Source: a virus
Taxonomy: Duplodnaviria > Caudoviricetes
Length of the DNA stretch: 27,751 nucleotides
IMG/VR virus record: IMGVR_UViG_3300022178_002083
Coordinates: 1 to 27,751 of that record
Direction: 5' to 3' (one strand)
Of this stretch, positions 17,306 to 25,971 are shown in pieces. The notes beneath the pieces were generated by a model that did not search any database, was not told where the DNA came from, and saw nothing but the letters and a program-made list of their open reading frames with translations. Position 1 is the first letter of the stretch. Every line of letters begins with the position of its first letter. A program made the position numbers and the translations under genes.

Positions 17306-20300
17306 TATCTTACTCCTCCTGTATCAACTCGTGGCATCATTGATAGAATAGTGCAAGGTGATGGGTCATCCGCTACAACGTACACAGTTTGTAAATATTC
17401 TGGTGCGTTGGCTAAACGGACTATTGCAGTCTCAGATACCATGCCCGTACCTTCAAATTGAACAGGGCTTAGATCGGCTGTTGCTTCTGTTTGTCCGCAC
17501 TTTGCGCTAACTGTATCTTTAAATCTTAATGTGGCCATGCTTGCATTTAATTTAGAACCACTTGTTGTTCCGCTTCTTGTTTGTAGGTTTAAATATAGCG
17601 GTGCTAATACGCCTGTGTATTCTTTACCTATAACCACTCGTGAGTAAGTAGAATCACCTAGTTTATATACTGTAGCTTTACTAGAACCAGATGTTGAGAA
17701 TGTTTCAGTACCACCAGTTAGATCGGTCGTAATAACGGTTGTACTCGTAATGCTTCCAGACTCTAAAGTATATTTACTATTCGGGTTTGTTGTACTGTAA
17801 CCCAGGCCACTAACATTGATAGTATCACCTTCAGCCAGGCCGTGTGCAGCAGAGAAGGTAAGTTTCAAGTGATTAGCGTTATCCGAAGCGATTTCAGCAG
17901 CACTAATAGTAAGATCGGTAGAACTACCAATATTTAAATCACCATCTGAATCTACTACACCAGTAAATGTTGTCGTACCATCTGCTACAACTTTTAACGT
18001 TTCACCAATAGCATAGTCGTAACCACTTATAGTGCCTGTTGATAGGCTTGTAGCTGTGCTGTAGTAGTCCATTCCGTTGTACTGCGTTACATAGTTTGTA
18101 CCCCACTCTCTGTCATCGAGTCTGCAAATGTAACGAACCTCTGCGCTGTTAACTGTTAGTTTAATGGAAACATAAACGGCATCTGCGCCAGAAGCTGTTG
18201 GTAACACAGTTACGCTTTCAAACGCACCTGTACACTTATGTCGATGCCAACCAACTACTTTCTGGTCACGCTCGTATGTCATTCCTACTAGTTGGTTGTC
18301 GCTGTTAATAGTCCACACTATGTTATCTGGTTGCTGTTGTAGTGCAATGGCTTTGAAGTTATCACCCGCAATGTGTTCTGCAACAAGCGTTAGGTCTGGT
18401 GCTATGTAGTCTTGTGAGTCAAAGTTAAATACCCACTCACGTAGCTTCTTGCCCTGCCTCATAACAAACAGCACAGCAGAGTTTACCAATAGGCCTGCTA
18501 TTGAGTTAGAGCCGTATGTTGTTTTACGCTTAATGTCAAACGATGTTGGTGTTACAGGTTTGTTATCAGATTCTGCACCTAACGACCACTCGCTTCCTGA
18601 TGTTCCAATAATAAGCTGACGGTGAGGTACAAGCCATTGTATGCCGTCTAGTTGACCAGACGCAATCGTTAGCCTCATTGGTGAGGTATCTAACGTAGAT
18701 GTTTTAAAGTTAAAAAAGTTATCTGTTTCACTTAACCATAAAGTGTTTGGATTGTTGGCTGTACCTGCATATACTAGTCTGCTTTCAAAAAATGCAAGTG
18801 TATCTGGAAATCCTCTGTGATTAGAAAACGCACCTTCAGACCATCTTGTCATTTCTGGATTAACTTCAAACCAATGGCCGTCAGCTATCTGTTGAGTTAA
18901 GCTGTCTCCGTCACTTGCGCTTACAGCTATTAAGCATTGATAGTATTGTGATGTAGTAGTAAAGTTGTACTTTTTGTTAGCACCTGTTGTATCAGCTACC
19001 CAGAACAACTCACTACCATCTGTAGTATCATCGTAAAAAGAAGCTGTAATAGTAGTAGATGTAAATTCACTAGCTGTACTAAATTCACCTGCTGCAACAA
19101 AGTCTGGATTAAAAAATAATATTTTATTATTAGCTCTGTCTGCACAATAAATTTGATTAACAGATGCATCACTAATCCCGGTAATATCTGTAACTATAGA
19201 TGTTCCCGCAGCAGGGTCTCCATTTACTGTAATACTACCTTTTGCAATAGATACATTATCAAAATAATAAACAGATTCTTGTGAAAAAGAAGAGGATAAT
19301 TTTTCTATATAAATTCTTCTAGTTGAGGATGCATCATCTGGGCCTTTTTTGGCAATAAGTCTGTATCCAACGTGCTTGGCTGATAAATAAAATTTACCAT
19401 TTAATACTCCTAATCCATAAGGTATATAACATTGTTGATTTTCATATAGGCCTTGCCCTGCGGTCGGATTCATAAAGTTAGCAGCTTGAACCTGGTATAC
19501 TTGCGATTCGTTAGTGCCATCAATATCATATTCATACACTCTATATCCTCTAAAACCAGACTGGTCACCATCAGCAAAACCAGTAATGGTTCTAGCTGTG
19601 TAACCACCTAAAACATAAATATGATTACTGTAGTATGCTAAATCCAAACCGTCATTGTTGTTGCTGTCTACAGAGGTTGCAGTCCATTGGTCGTATGGCA
19701 TAAAGTTGTCAGAGCTATCTTTTGTAAATACATGAACAAGTCTATTTTGATCTATAGCATAGTATTTTGCATCACCGTATGCACCACCACGCATATTATC
19801 TAGTCCACCAGATGTAGTAATCGAGGCAACGTCAAATGTTAAGTTGGCTGCACCACCACCGCCTAATGCACTATCTTGAATAGTAAATGTATCGTTAACA
19901 GCGTAGTTTTTACCAGACGTACCTAATACTGTAACAGTAGCTGCACCAGTTCCAGATGCTACCACTACTCGTATTCTAGCTCCAGAACCAGAGCCTGCGT
20001 TACTTATTCCAGTTGTAGTTCCGTCTACGAAATCATAAGTGCCTGCTGTTCTACTTGAGTCTGCCCCGCTAACTGTATCTACAGTAGCTAGTATTCCTGA
20101 GAAAGCAGATAAGTCTTTTGATACAGATGCAAACTCTAAACCACTTGGAACCTTAACTTTATCGCCAATACTAAACGCTGTGTCTGCTGCCCAAGATGTT
20201 GTGTAATCGCCAATAGAATCTTGAAAGTCAGATATTACGGTTCCAACCACTTGCGTAGCTGAAGTGTAACTTGTAATTCTAACCAATGAGTTTACAGTAG

Positions 20301-21225
20301 TAGATGTAGGAATTAAAGATACCTGGCAATGGCCGATGTTATCGGTTCCTTTTTCATATTGCACTCGAAGAAATGTGTTATTTCCTTCTATTGATGGTGA
20401 TGATACAGCAAAGTTTTTTGCTTCATTTGTCGCATCAATGTTCGTAGTATCGCAAACCGTTATGTAGGTAGAATAACTAACACCGCCATCAAGACTTCTT
20501 TCAATAGTAACCCTACCAGTCCAAGTGCCACCAGTTTCAAAATCCCAACTTGTATTAGACACGTTAATTGGATCGCTTATTCCAGATGCTGTAAATTCTT
20601 TTTCTAAAGATATGTTTCCGCTAAGTCTGGCCGCTTCAAAAGAAAAGTAACCACCAACCATATTAGAGTTAAATAAATCTTGAGATGATGTTAATACTGT
20701 TTCTCCATCTTTAGATGATGTAGTAATTTTTATTGTTTGATCTGTGTTCTCATTAAGTAGCGGTGGGAAAGTCCACTCTACTTCACTCATAGACCAACTA
20801 GTGTCGCTTAATCTCTTTATCTCTTGTGGCTCGTGATCTTTGTGGGCTAGAAACAATATGTCTGCTGATTGTGTAAACTGTATATCATTCAGGTCGGCTG
20901 TAGTATATGGTGATGTCAAAAGTATGTCTGCTCCACCGCTTTGATGTGGAGAGTCATTCTTCCATACCCGAACATACAGGTTGCCAAACTCTAGCAGGTA
21001 GTTTTCGCTTACACTAAATGTAAATGGTATCAGCCTAACTTTACCACTATGAGAGCTACCTAGGTATTTTGTGCCAGGCCGTTTAGTTGCACCACCGTAT
21101 GGCAGGGGTACAAAGTTCTCCATCTTCAAACAGCTCTTGTTGTAGATTCCGTCTACGTCTTCACGAGCATACAGGTATGGAGAAACCTCACCACCATTAA
21201 AGTTGTTTATGGGTAGCTTGGCCAT
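17305..21225 (-). CDS. tail tubular protein B / nozzle (T7 gp12-like) with large insertions
   Basis: NNFNGGEVSP...GGATKRPGT, RLIPFTFS, FPDTLAFFESRLVYAG, DLTLVAEHI and VVGWHRH motifs; 1306 aa. Confidence 0.85.
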   Translation of the reverse strand: MAKLPINNFNGGEVSPYLYAREDVDGIYNKSCLKMENFVPLPYGGATKRPGTKYLGSSHSGKVRLIPFTFSVSENYLLEFGNLYVRVWKNDSPHQSGGADILLTSPYTTADLNDIQFTQSADILFLAHKDHEPQEIKRLSDTSWSMSEVEWTFPPLLNENTDQTIKITTSSKDGETVLTSSQDLFNSNMVGGYFSFEAARLSGNISLEKEFTASGISDPINVSNTSWDFETGGTWTGRVTIERSLDGGVSYSTYITVCDTTNIDATNEAKNFAVSSPSIEGNNTFLRVQYEKGTDNIGHCQVSLIPTSTTVNSLVRITSYTSATQVVGTVISDFQDSIGDYTTSWAADTAFSIGDKVKVPSGLEFASVSKDLSAFSGILATVDTVSGADSSRTAGTYDFVDGTTTGISNAGSGSGARIRVVVASGTGAATVTVLGTSGKNYAVNDTFTIQDSALGGGGAANLTFDVASITTSGGLDNMRGGAYGDAKYYAIDQNRLVHVFTKDSSDNFMPYDQWTATSVDSNNNDGLDLAYYSNHIYVLGGYTARTITGFADGDQSGFRGYRVYEYDIDGTNESQVYQVQAANFMNPTAGQGLYENQQCYIPYGLGVLNGKFYLSAKHVGYRLIAKKGPDDASSTRRIYIEKLSSSFSQESVYYFDNVSIAKGSITVNGDPAAGTSIVTDITGISDASVNQIYCADRANNKILFFNPDFVAAGEFSTASEFTSTTITASFYDDTTDGSELFWVADTTGANKKYNFTTTSQYYQCLIAVSASDGDSLTQQIADGHWFEVNPEMTRWSEGAFSNHRGFPDTLAFFESRLVYAGTANNPNTLWLSETDNFFNFKTSTLDTSPMRLTIASGQLDGIQWLVPHRQLIIGTSGSEWSLGAESDNKPVTPTSFDIKRKTTYGSNSIAGLLVNSAVLFVMRQGKKLREWVFNFDSQDYIAPDLTLVAEHIAGDNFKAIALQQQPDNIVWTINSDNQLVGMTYERDQKVVGWHRHKCTGAFESVTVLPTASGADAVYVSIKLTVNSAEVRYICRLDDREWGTNYVTQYNGMDYYSTATSLSTGTISGYDYAIGETLKVVADGTTTFTGVVDSDGDLNIGSSTDLTISAAEIASDNANHLKLTFSAAHGLAEGDTINVSGLGYSTTNPNSKYTLESGSITSTTVITTDLTGGTETFSTSGSSKATVYKLGDSTYSRVVIGKEYTGVLAPLYLNLQTRSGTTSGSKLNASMATLRFKDTVSAKCGQTEATADLSPVQFEGTGMVSETAIVRLANAPEYLQTVYVVADDPSPCTILSMMPRVDTGGVR

Positions 21226-22256
21226 TATTCAAATGTACCATAAGAAGTTTGTGAGAAAGGCGGTGACGAATTAGAAGTCATATTGTTGGATGTATAAGTT
21301 GCTTCCAACCACTCACTATCGAGAACTGGACTTGGATTCTTTTCAAATCCGTTAACACGCTTGGCCTCTGGGATATGTACATTTAGAAACTCATCCATAA
21401 GTCTTTCTTCTAAGTCTCTGTCACCATTAATCCCGGTGGCTAACTTGGCCGCAAGTAATGTAATAAACGCCTCTCTAAACAGGCTGTCATGTTCACCCCT
21501 TGTTTTTTTACCAAGAGTATCGTATTTGTGTAATGAAATTAATCTGTTAAAACGGATGTAAATATCTGGCTCATTACACATAATGCCATCTTCATCCATC
21601 GTCCAATAAACATTAGGTGTTACTCGCTCGTTTACTTCTTGAGTATTTGTAACATAAATTACTCTTACGCAGTTATCAGGAGTTTGAAATCTATGTTTCC
21701 ATGTTGGTTGAGGCCTAAATTCTTTTACTTCCATTTCGGTTACACTAGAAGCATATGCAGATACAGTTGTCCAACCAGATAATGGAGGAACAGTTTCTGT
21801 TGTTACGTTTTCAATAATTGCAGTTTTAACACCACCAGAGTTTTTAGTATAAATAATCCAACGATCTGTAACGTATTCTATAGTCTGCGTTGTAGACCAA
21901 ACATTGTCATCTGGATCAGCAGCATCTGAACCTTCATCTTGTACGGCATAATCAGCACGAGCAATGCCTACAAATGGTTTACAGTCATATCTTTTTTCAT
22001 CTAAATTAGGAATACCTGGGTCTTTAAATGTAACTGAAAATTGTCTAATAGGTAATCTGTTATGTGAAACAGTTACACTCCAGTCGTGCATTCTGGATAT
22101 ATATTGAATGCAATAATCGTAGTGTAATCTACATAAGTCTGCAACTAGGCCTGTGTCTGTGTCAAAGTTTGTAAGAAACGATCTGTTGTTGCCGAGCTTA
22201 CTTAATGCCATATTGCACAGCTGCTCTTTTGTTAAACTCACTAATCTATCAGGCAT
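21225..22256 (-). CDS. tail tubular protein A / adaptor (T7 gp11-like) with an insertion
   Basis: LCNMALSKLG...HDWS and FREAFITLLAAKLA motifs; position between capsid and nozzle genes. Confidence 0.8.
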   Translation of the reverse strand: MPDRLVSLTKEQLCNMALSKLGNNRSFLTNFDTDTGLVADLCRLHYDYCIQYISRMHDWSVTVSHNRLPIRQFSVTFKDPGIPNLDEKRYDCKPFVGIARADYAVQDEGSDAADPDDNVWSTTQTIEYVTDRWIIYTKNSGGVKTAIIENVTTETVPPLSGWTTVSAYASSVTEMEVKEFRPQPTWKHRFQTPDNCVRVIYVTNTQEVNERVTPNVYWTMDEDGIMCNEPDIYIRFNRLISLHKYDTLGKKTRGEHDSLFREAFITLLAAKLATGINGDRDLEERLMDEFLNVHIPEAKRVNGFEKNPSPVLDSEWLEATYTSNNMTSNSSPPFSQTSYGTFE

Positions 22257-22270
22257 AGTTGCTCCAAATT

Positions 22271-22300
22271 AAAAAAAGGGTAAGGGGGGACTAGCCCCCC
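22271..22300 (-). terminator. terminator after the capsid/decoration genes
   Basis: Minus strand GGGGGG-ctagt-CCCCCC, ttaccc, then TTTTTTT; analogous position to T7 Tphi. Confidence 0.7.
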
Positions 22301-22306
22301 ATGGTA

Positions 22307-22744
22307 TTACTGATCTGTAGAGATCAAGATGTAGCCTTCGATAGAGTCAGAACTCATCGCACCTGCATTGAAGGTAAGGATAAGTTTCTCCCCACCGACA
22401 GCATAGGCAACACCGTCAGTCTTATCACCAGTAGCTCCTTCTGGGAACAAGATAGTACCCGCAGAAGTTAAGTCCTCGTTAGCGAGGAGAGCGTCTGGCT
22501 CCGCTACTGTACCAAGGTCAACCTGGTTAGCAGAAGCGATAGCTGTGTGTAACAATGATACAGCAAGTACCTTTGCGTTGTCTGGTAAAGTACCAGTCAA
22601 TGTAACAGTATCACCAGTCATGTCAGCATGATCTGTAGTGAATTTTACAGGGATGTACTTGATGTTACCGAGGTAATCAGAAGCATCCTGTAAGTTGTTA
22701 GCGGTATTGATTGCTGTAACGATATCTGAATTGAAGTTAGCCAT
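22307..22744 (-). CDS. putative capsid decoration/cement protein
   Basis: 145 aa, beta-rich (LPDNAKVL...VDLG), immediately downstream of the MCP with an AGGAG RBS and before the terminator. Confidence 0.6.
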   Translation of the reverse strand: MANFNSDIVTAINTANNLQDASDYLGNIKYIPVKFTTDHADMTGDTVTLTGTLPDNAKVLAVSLLHTAIASANQVDLGTVAEPDALLANEDLTSAGTILFPEGATGDKTDGVAYAVGGEKLILTFNAGAMSSDSIEGYILISTDQ

Positions 22745-22760
22745 TATATATCTCCTCTTC

Positions 22761-23756
22761 TTAAGATTCTAAACAAGGAACAACGACAACTTTTTCTTCT
22801 TCCATGCGGACAGCACCGAACTCTGCCTTCATGTAAGCGTAGTAGTTGAATGATTTATCAGCCCGTTCACTAATCTTAGTAGTCATGTCGGGGTTGATTT
22901 CCAACAACGCAGCATCTGGCATAAATGCATAAGCAGCACGAGTGTTAGAACTATCCGTGTTGCTCCATGTGCCAGTTGTTGTATTGATGTCACCGTCATC
23001 TGCATTGATGTCTGTTGAGTCGTAAGCAGTAGTTTTATCCGCATCCATATAAGGAAGGATATTGCTAATGCAGAACTTCGCACCCATGTAGTCATAAACA
23101 GTTCCTACAGACTGATCAACAGGACGTTGAGAGGTGTAGTCAAAGTTAATGAAGTTATCATCATCCATCATGTCTTTCCATTGTTTCCAAGAAATCTTGA
23201 AAATAGGAGCTTGTGTGTCGATGTCTACGTTGTTGCTACCGAATGCTTCTAGAGCAGCTAAGAACTTCTTATAAGTGAAGCCTTCCGCAGTTCCTGAAGT
23301 AGTTACGTCAACTTCGATGAAGTTAGATGTACCAAGTTCAGTATCTGTTTCACCTTCAACGCCACCTTTAGCCGTACCCAAAAGAGCTTGGTCAAGGATG
23401 ATGTCTTCCTGGCGAAGGAACTTATTCTTCATGATAGCTAACTTAGCAGCACGAGGATCAACTCCCATCTTACTTACGTCAGCCCAATCCATGAACTGGC
23501 CGTCTTGGTAAGATACACGAGATGTCCGTCTACGGCTGTAGTCGATGTCTGATACGGGTGAGTCCCCGAAACGATTGACAACCTTTGAAGGTAGGCCGCC
23601 ACCTGCTGTGCGTTGGTAAACACCTTCTTTACGGAACAGATCGCCAGTAGCAAGCTGTACGTAAGGACGAAGTTTACCGCCTTTGACTTCAACCGTCTCA
23701 CGAATAGCACGGTCAAAACCAATCACGTATGTATTGAGCAAATTTCCTGCTCCCAT
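22761..23756 (-). CDS. major capsid protein
   Basis: 331 aa. KLRPYV, DYSRRR, RQEDIILDQALLG and ISERADKS...FGAVRMEEEKVV match BPP-1/pelagiphage-type capsids; follows the scaffold. Confidence 0.88.
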   Translation of the reverse strand: MGAGNLLNTYVIGFDRAIRETVEVKGGKLRPYVQLATGDLFRKEGVYQRTAGGGLPSKVVNRFGDSPVSDIDYSRRRTSRVSYQDGQFMDWADVSKMGVDPRAAKLAIMKNKFLRQEDIILDQALLGTAKGGVEGETDTELGTSNFIEVDVTTSGTAEGFTYKKFLAALEAFGSNNVDIDTQAPIFKISWKQWKDMMDDDNFINFDYTSQRPVDQSVGTVYDYMGAKFCISNILPYMDADKTTAYDSTDINADDGDINTTTGTWSNTDSSNTRAAYAFMPDAALLEINPDMTTKISERADKSFNYYAYMKAEFGAVRMEEEKVVVVPCLES

Positions 23757-23896
23757 AATAATTCTCCGTTAAGTAATTAATAATCAGTTTTAGTCGGCTC
23801 TGAGTGTCCACACCATGTGGGTCTAGCCTAATATTAGGTTCTCACCTTAGATCATCGTACAGGCTCTTGCGAGGTATCCGTTTCAAATCTGACAGC

Positions 23897-23925
23897 CTTA
23901 TATAAAACTATTACAATCTTGTCAA
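23897..23925 (-). promoter_or_regulatory. sigma70-like promoter for the capsid gene
   Basis: Minus strand TTGACA (23920-23925), 17-bp spacer, TATAAG (23897-23902). Confidence 0.7.
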
Positions 23926-23932
23926 GATAATA

Positions 23933-24772
23933 TTAATAATTATTAAACTGAATCTCTGCTTGTTTTTCTAGCAACTGCGCTCGCTCACGTAGAAGACTCT
24001 GATAAGTTGCATCAGAAGTGTTTGGGTGTGCGTATAGTTTGCTATCAAGTTCAGCAAGTTGATCGCTAATAGTATGAATATTATCCATAGTTCGAGCTTC
24101 AATAACTTCATCGTTATCAAGCAACGGTACTACATTCTCAAACCAGGCCTTTACGAACTCTGGGTTGTTGGCAATAGTAGGGTCATCTTTGAACTCGCCT
24201 AGACCTAGAAAGTCTAATGAGTTTGCTACCTTGGCTAAGTTGTAATCGTACTGATCACCTTTCCACTCATTGCGTAGTGAAGTCTCAGCTTCGTGTAGTT
24301 GCGCTTCGTACTGTCTATCGGAGTCACCTAATGACTGGCCAACCTTTTCTAGCTCCCAATCAACCAGAGCTTGTGCTGCTTCCTTAGACAAACCATTCTC
24401 GTAAGCAAACTGCTTAAACTCATTGATTCGCTCTTCGTCAACATCAACCCCTTCGGGTGCGTTGTAGTTGATATCGTATTCATCTGGTGATGAACCGATG
24501 CCCATTAGTTCGTTGCGCTTTGCAATGTCAGCTTCGCTTTCTGATGCCCAGAACTCTTCAGCTTTGCGTCCCGCCATACTTTGTGCGTTGATAGCACCTT
24601 TGACTAAGTCGACAGGATTATCGTATTTAGACCAGATTGAGTGGTTACCCAACTCGTCTGGTAGTGACTCACGCCATGATTGATTAAACTTCCCATCATC
24701 CGTGAGAATATCAACAGGCTGTGTTGCAGTTTCCTCAACTGAGGGTGCTTCGACAGGTGTCTGTTCTTCCAT
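23933..24772 (-). CDS. capsid scaffolding protein
   Basis: 279 aa, acidic. WRESLPDEL, PDEYDI, GLSKEAAQAL and LRNEWKG motifs; directly upstream of the MCP. Confidence 0.8.
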   Translation of the reverse strand: MEEQTPVEAPSVEETATQPVDILTDDGKFNQSWRESLPDELGNHSIWSKYDNPVDLVKGAINAQSMAGRKAEEFWASESEADIAKRNELMGIGSSPDEYDINYNAPEGVDVDEERINEFKQFAYENGLSKEAAQALVDWELEKVGQSLGDSDRQYEAQLHEAETSLRNEWKGDQYDYNLAKVANSLDFLGLGEFKDDPTIANNPEFVKAWFENVVPLLDNDEVIEARTMDNIHTISDQLAELDSKLYAHPNTSDATYQSLLRERAQLLEKQAEIQFNNY

Positions 24773-24787
24773 GTATTACCTCTTTGG

Positions 24788-24925
24788 TTAGTATTTTGTC
24801 ATAAGGGTCTTCTTTTTCTTCTTACCCTTTTTAAGAGCCTTTAAATCTGCTCCAGTAATTTTATTACGTGGTTCAGCTACAGCAGCCATTTTCTTCTGCT
24901 TGCTCGAATATTTTGAATACGGCAT
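24788..24925 (-). CDS. small Lys-rich protein (45 aa, missing from the ORF track)
   Basis: MPYSKYSSKQKKMAAVAEPRNKITGADLKALKKGKKKKKTLMTKY*; GGAGG RBS; fills the gap. Confidence 0.7.
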   Translation of the reverse strand: MPYSKYSSKQKKMAAVAEPRNKITGADLKALKKGKKKKKTLMTKY

Positions 24926-25210
24926 TTAGCACCTCCATCTACGCCTTGCGGCCTTTCCTCTTTCGCCAGTCCAACCTCTAGACCTAGCACAAAATGATTT
25001 ACGTCTTTTAGCAGCTTTACTTCCAGGCTTTACTTTACCAGTAACAGCAGTTTTAAGTTTGCTACCCGGATTTGCTCTGCGGTGAGCGGCAACACCTTTA
25101 GCGGTCATACCTGCACCCTCTTTAGCAGAACGATAGTTGCGACCTTTACCTTTAGTTGTTTTTGGTATTGCTTTTTCTTTCTTTCTAGAAAGCAAGGTTC
25201 GTTTGGGCAT
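24926..25210 (-). CDS. basic protein, DUF6321-like
   Basis: GMTAKGVAAHRRANPGSKLKTAVT...RRKSFCARS...RRRWRC; AGGAG RBS. Confidence 0.7.
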   Translation of the reverse strand: MPKRTLLSRKKEKAIPKTTKGKGRNYRSAKEGAGMTAKGVAAHRRANPGSKLKTAVTGKVKPGSKAAKRRKSFCARSRGWTGERGKAARRRWRC

Positions 25211-25772
25211 TCTCTTCTCCTAACTCTTGTTGAAAACTTACTTCTTCTAAATCCCACTCTGGGTCTTGATTCAACAGACGCTTAAAGTTCTTGTATGCTC
25301 TATTGGGGACTTGTGTGAAATATTTACTAGAACTAAAATCACCCTTTGCAAAATTTTTATACTTCAACTCAGAACCTATTTTCCGAGTATGAATCAGCTT
25401 AAGTACTTCTGTTTCAGCCTCACTAAATTCTTTTATCTCTTTCATCATGTTGGGGAACTTCTTCATCCAGTATGGCCCCATGTTAAATGTAAGATCAATA
25501 AGAGCTGCTTTCTGGCTAACACTTAGCGAATCAAATCCCACAATGCCTTTAGCTGCTTTGTAATGGCTTTCAAAATCTTTCTGAAATAATCTTTCAAGGT
25601 ATGCTTCATTTACGATATCTCCTTCTTTATATTTCTTCAGTTCATCTTTGGTCAGCCTGTGACCAGTACCCATGGTTAAATAACCACGCTTGTCTTCATA
25701 TACATAGTTTCTAAAGCCTTCATTGCTTCTAACCATTAGCTTTAGTTTTCTTTTGAACTCTTCTTCATTCAT
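25185..25772 (-). CDS. GH24 (T4-lysozyme-like) muramidase
   Basis: Start re-called at ATG 25772 (MNEEEF, ATGAATGA overlap). NEGFRNYVYEDKRGYLTMGTGH gives the E-x8-D-x5-T triad; also ALIDLTFNMG. Confidence 0.85.
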   Translation of the reverse strand: MNEEEFKRKLKLMVRSNEGFRNYVYEDKRGYLTMGTGHRLTKDELKKYKEGDIVNEAYLERLFQKDFESHYKAAKGIVGFDSLSVSQKAALIDLTFNMGPYWMKKFPNMMKEIKEFSEAETEVLKLIHTRKIGSELKYKNFAKGDFSSSKYFTQVPNRAYKNFKRLLNQDPEWDLEEVSFQQELGEENAQTNLAF

Positions 25773-25971
25773 CTTCTGATATGATTGCCTCGATGTATCT
25801 GTACATATCTTGTGTTCCATTGCGATAGGCGCAGTCAGCATGACTAAGCTCAGAGCCTGCCTGCACATCAATATTGCAAAAGTCTCTAAGATCATCTAAT
25901 ACCTCTGAACCCTCTGGAGTTTTAAAGACACGTTTGTACGCTGATATTAAGTTAGCTAGTTCGTGTGACAT
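25765..25971 (-). CDS. conserved small protein downstream of the portal (Bbp19-like)
   Basis: YKRVFKTPEGSEVLDDLRDFC...AYRNG motif; TAATG-coupled to the portal. Confidence 0.75.
   Translation of the reverse strand: MSHELANLISAYKRVFKTPEGSEVLDDLRDFCNIDVQAGSELSHADCAYRNGTQDMYRYIEAIISEDE

Noticed and set aside
6037-17351. Many + strand ORFs of 60-150 aa opposite the ejection genes
   Set aside because: Antisense shadows of long - strand genes; Ser/Leu-rich, with no recognisable motifs.
22745-22810. T7-like programmed frameshift extending the capsid protein
   Set aside because: No convincing slippery heptamer, and the downstream gene has its own RBS and ATG.
25773-25895. N-terminal extension of the lysozyme in the ORF track, resembling a signal/SAR sequence
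   Set aside because: It overlaps the Bbp19-like gene in another frame. ATG 25772 gives a typical coupled start, so no SAR-endolysin claim is made.
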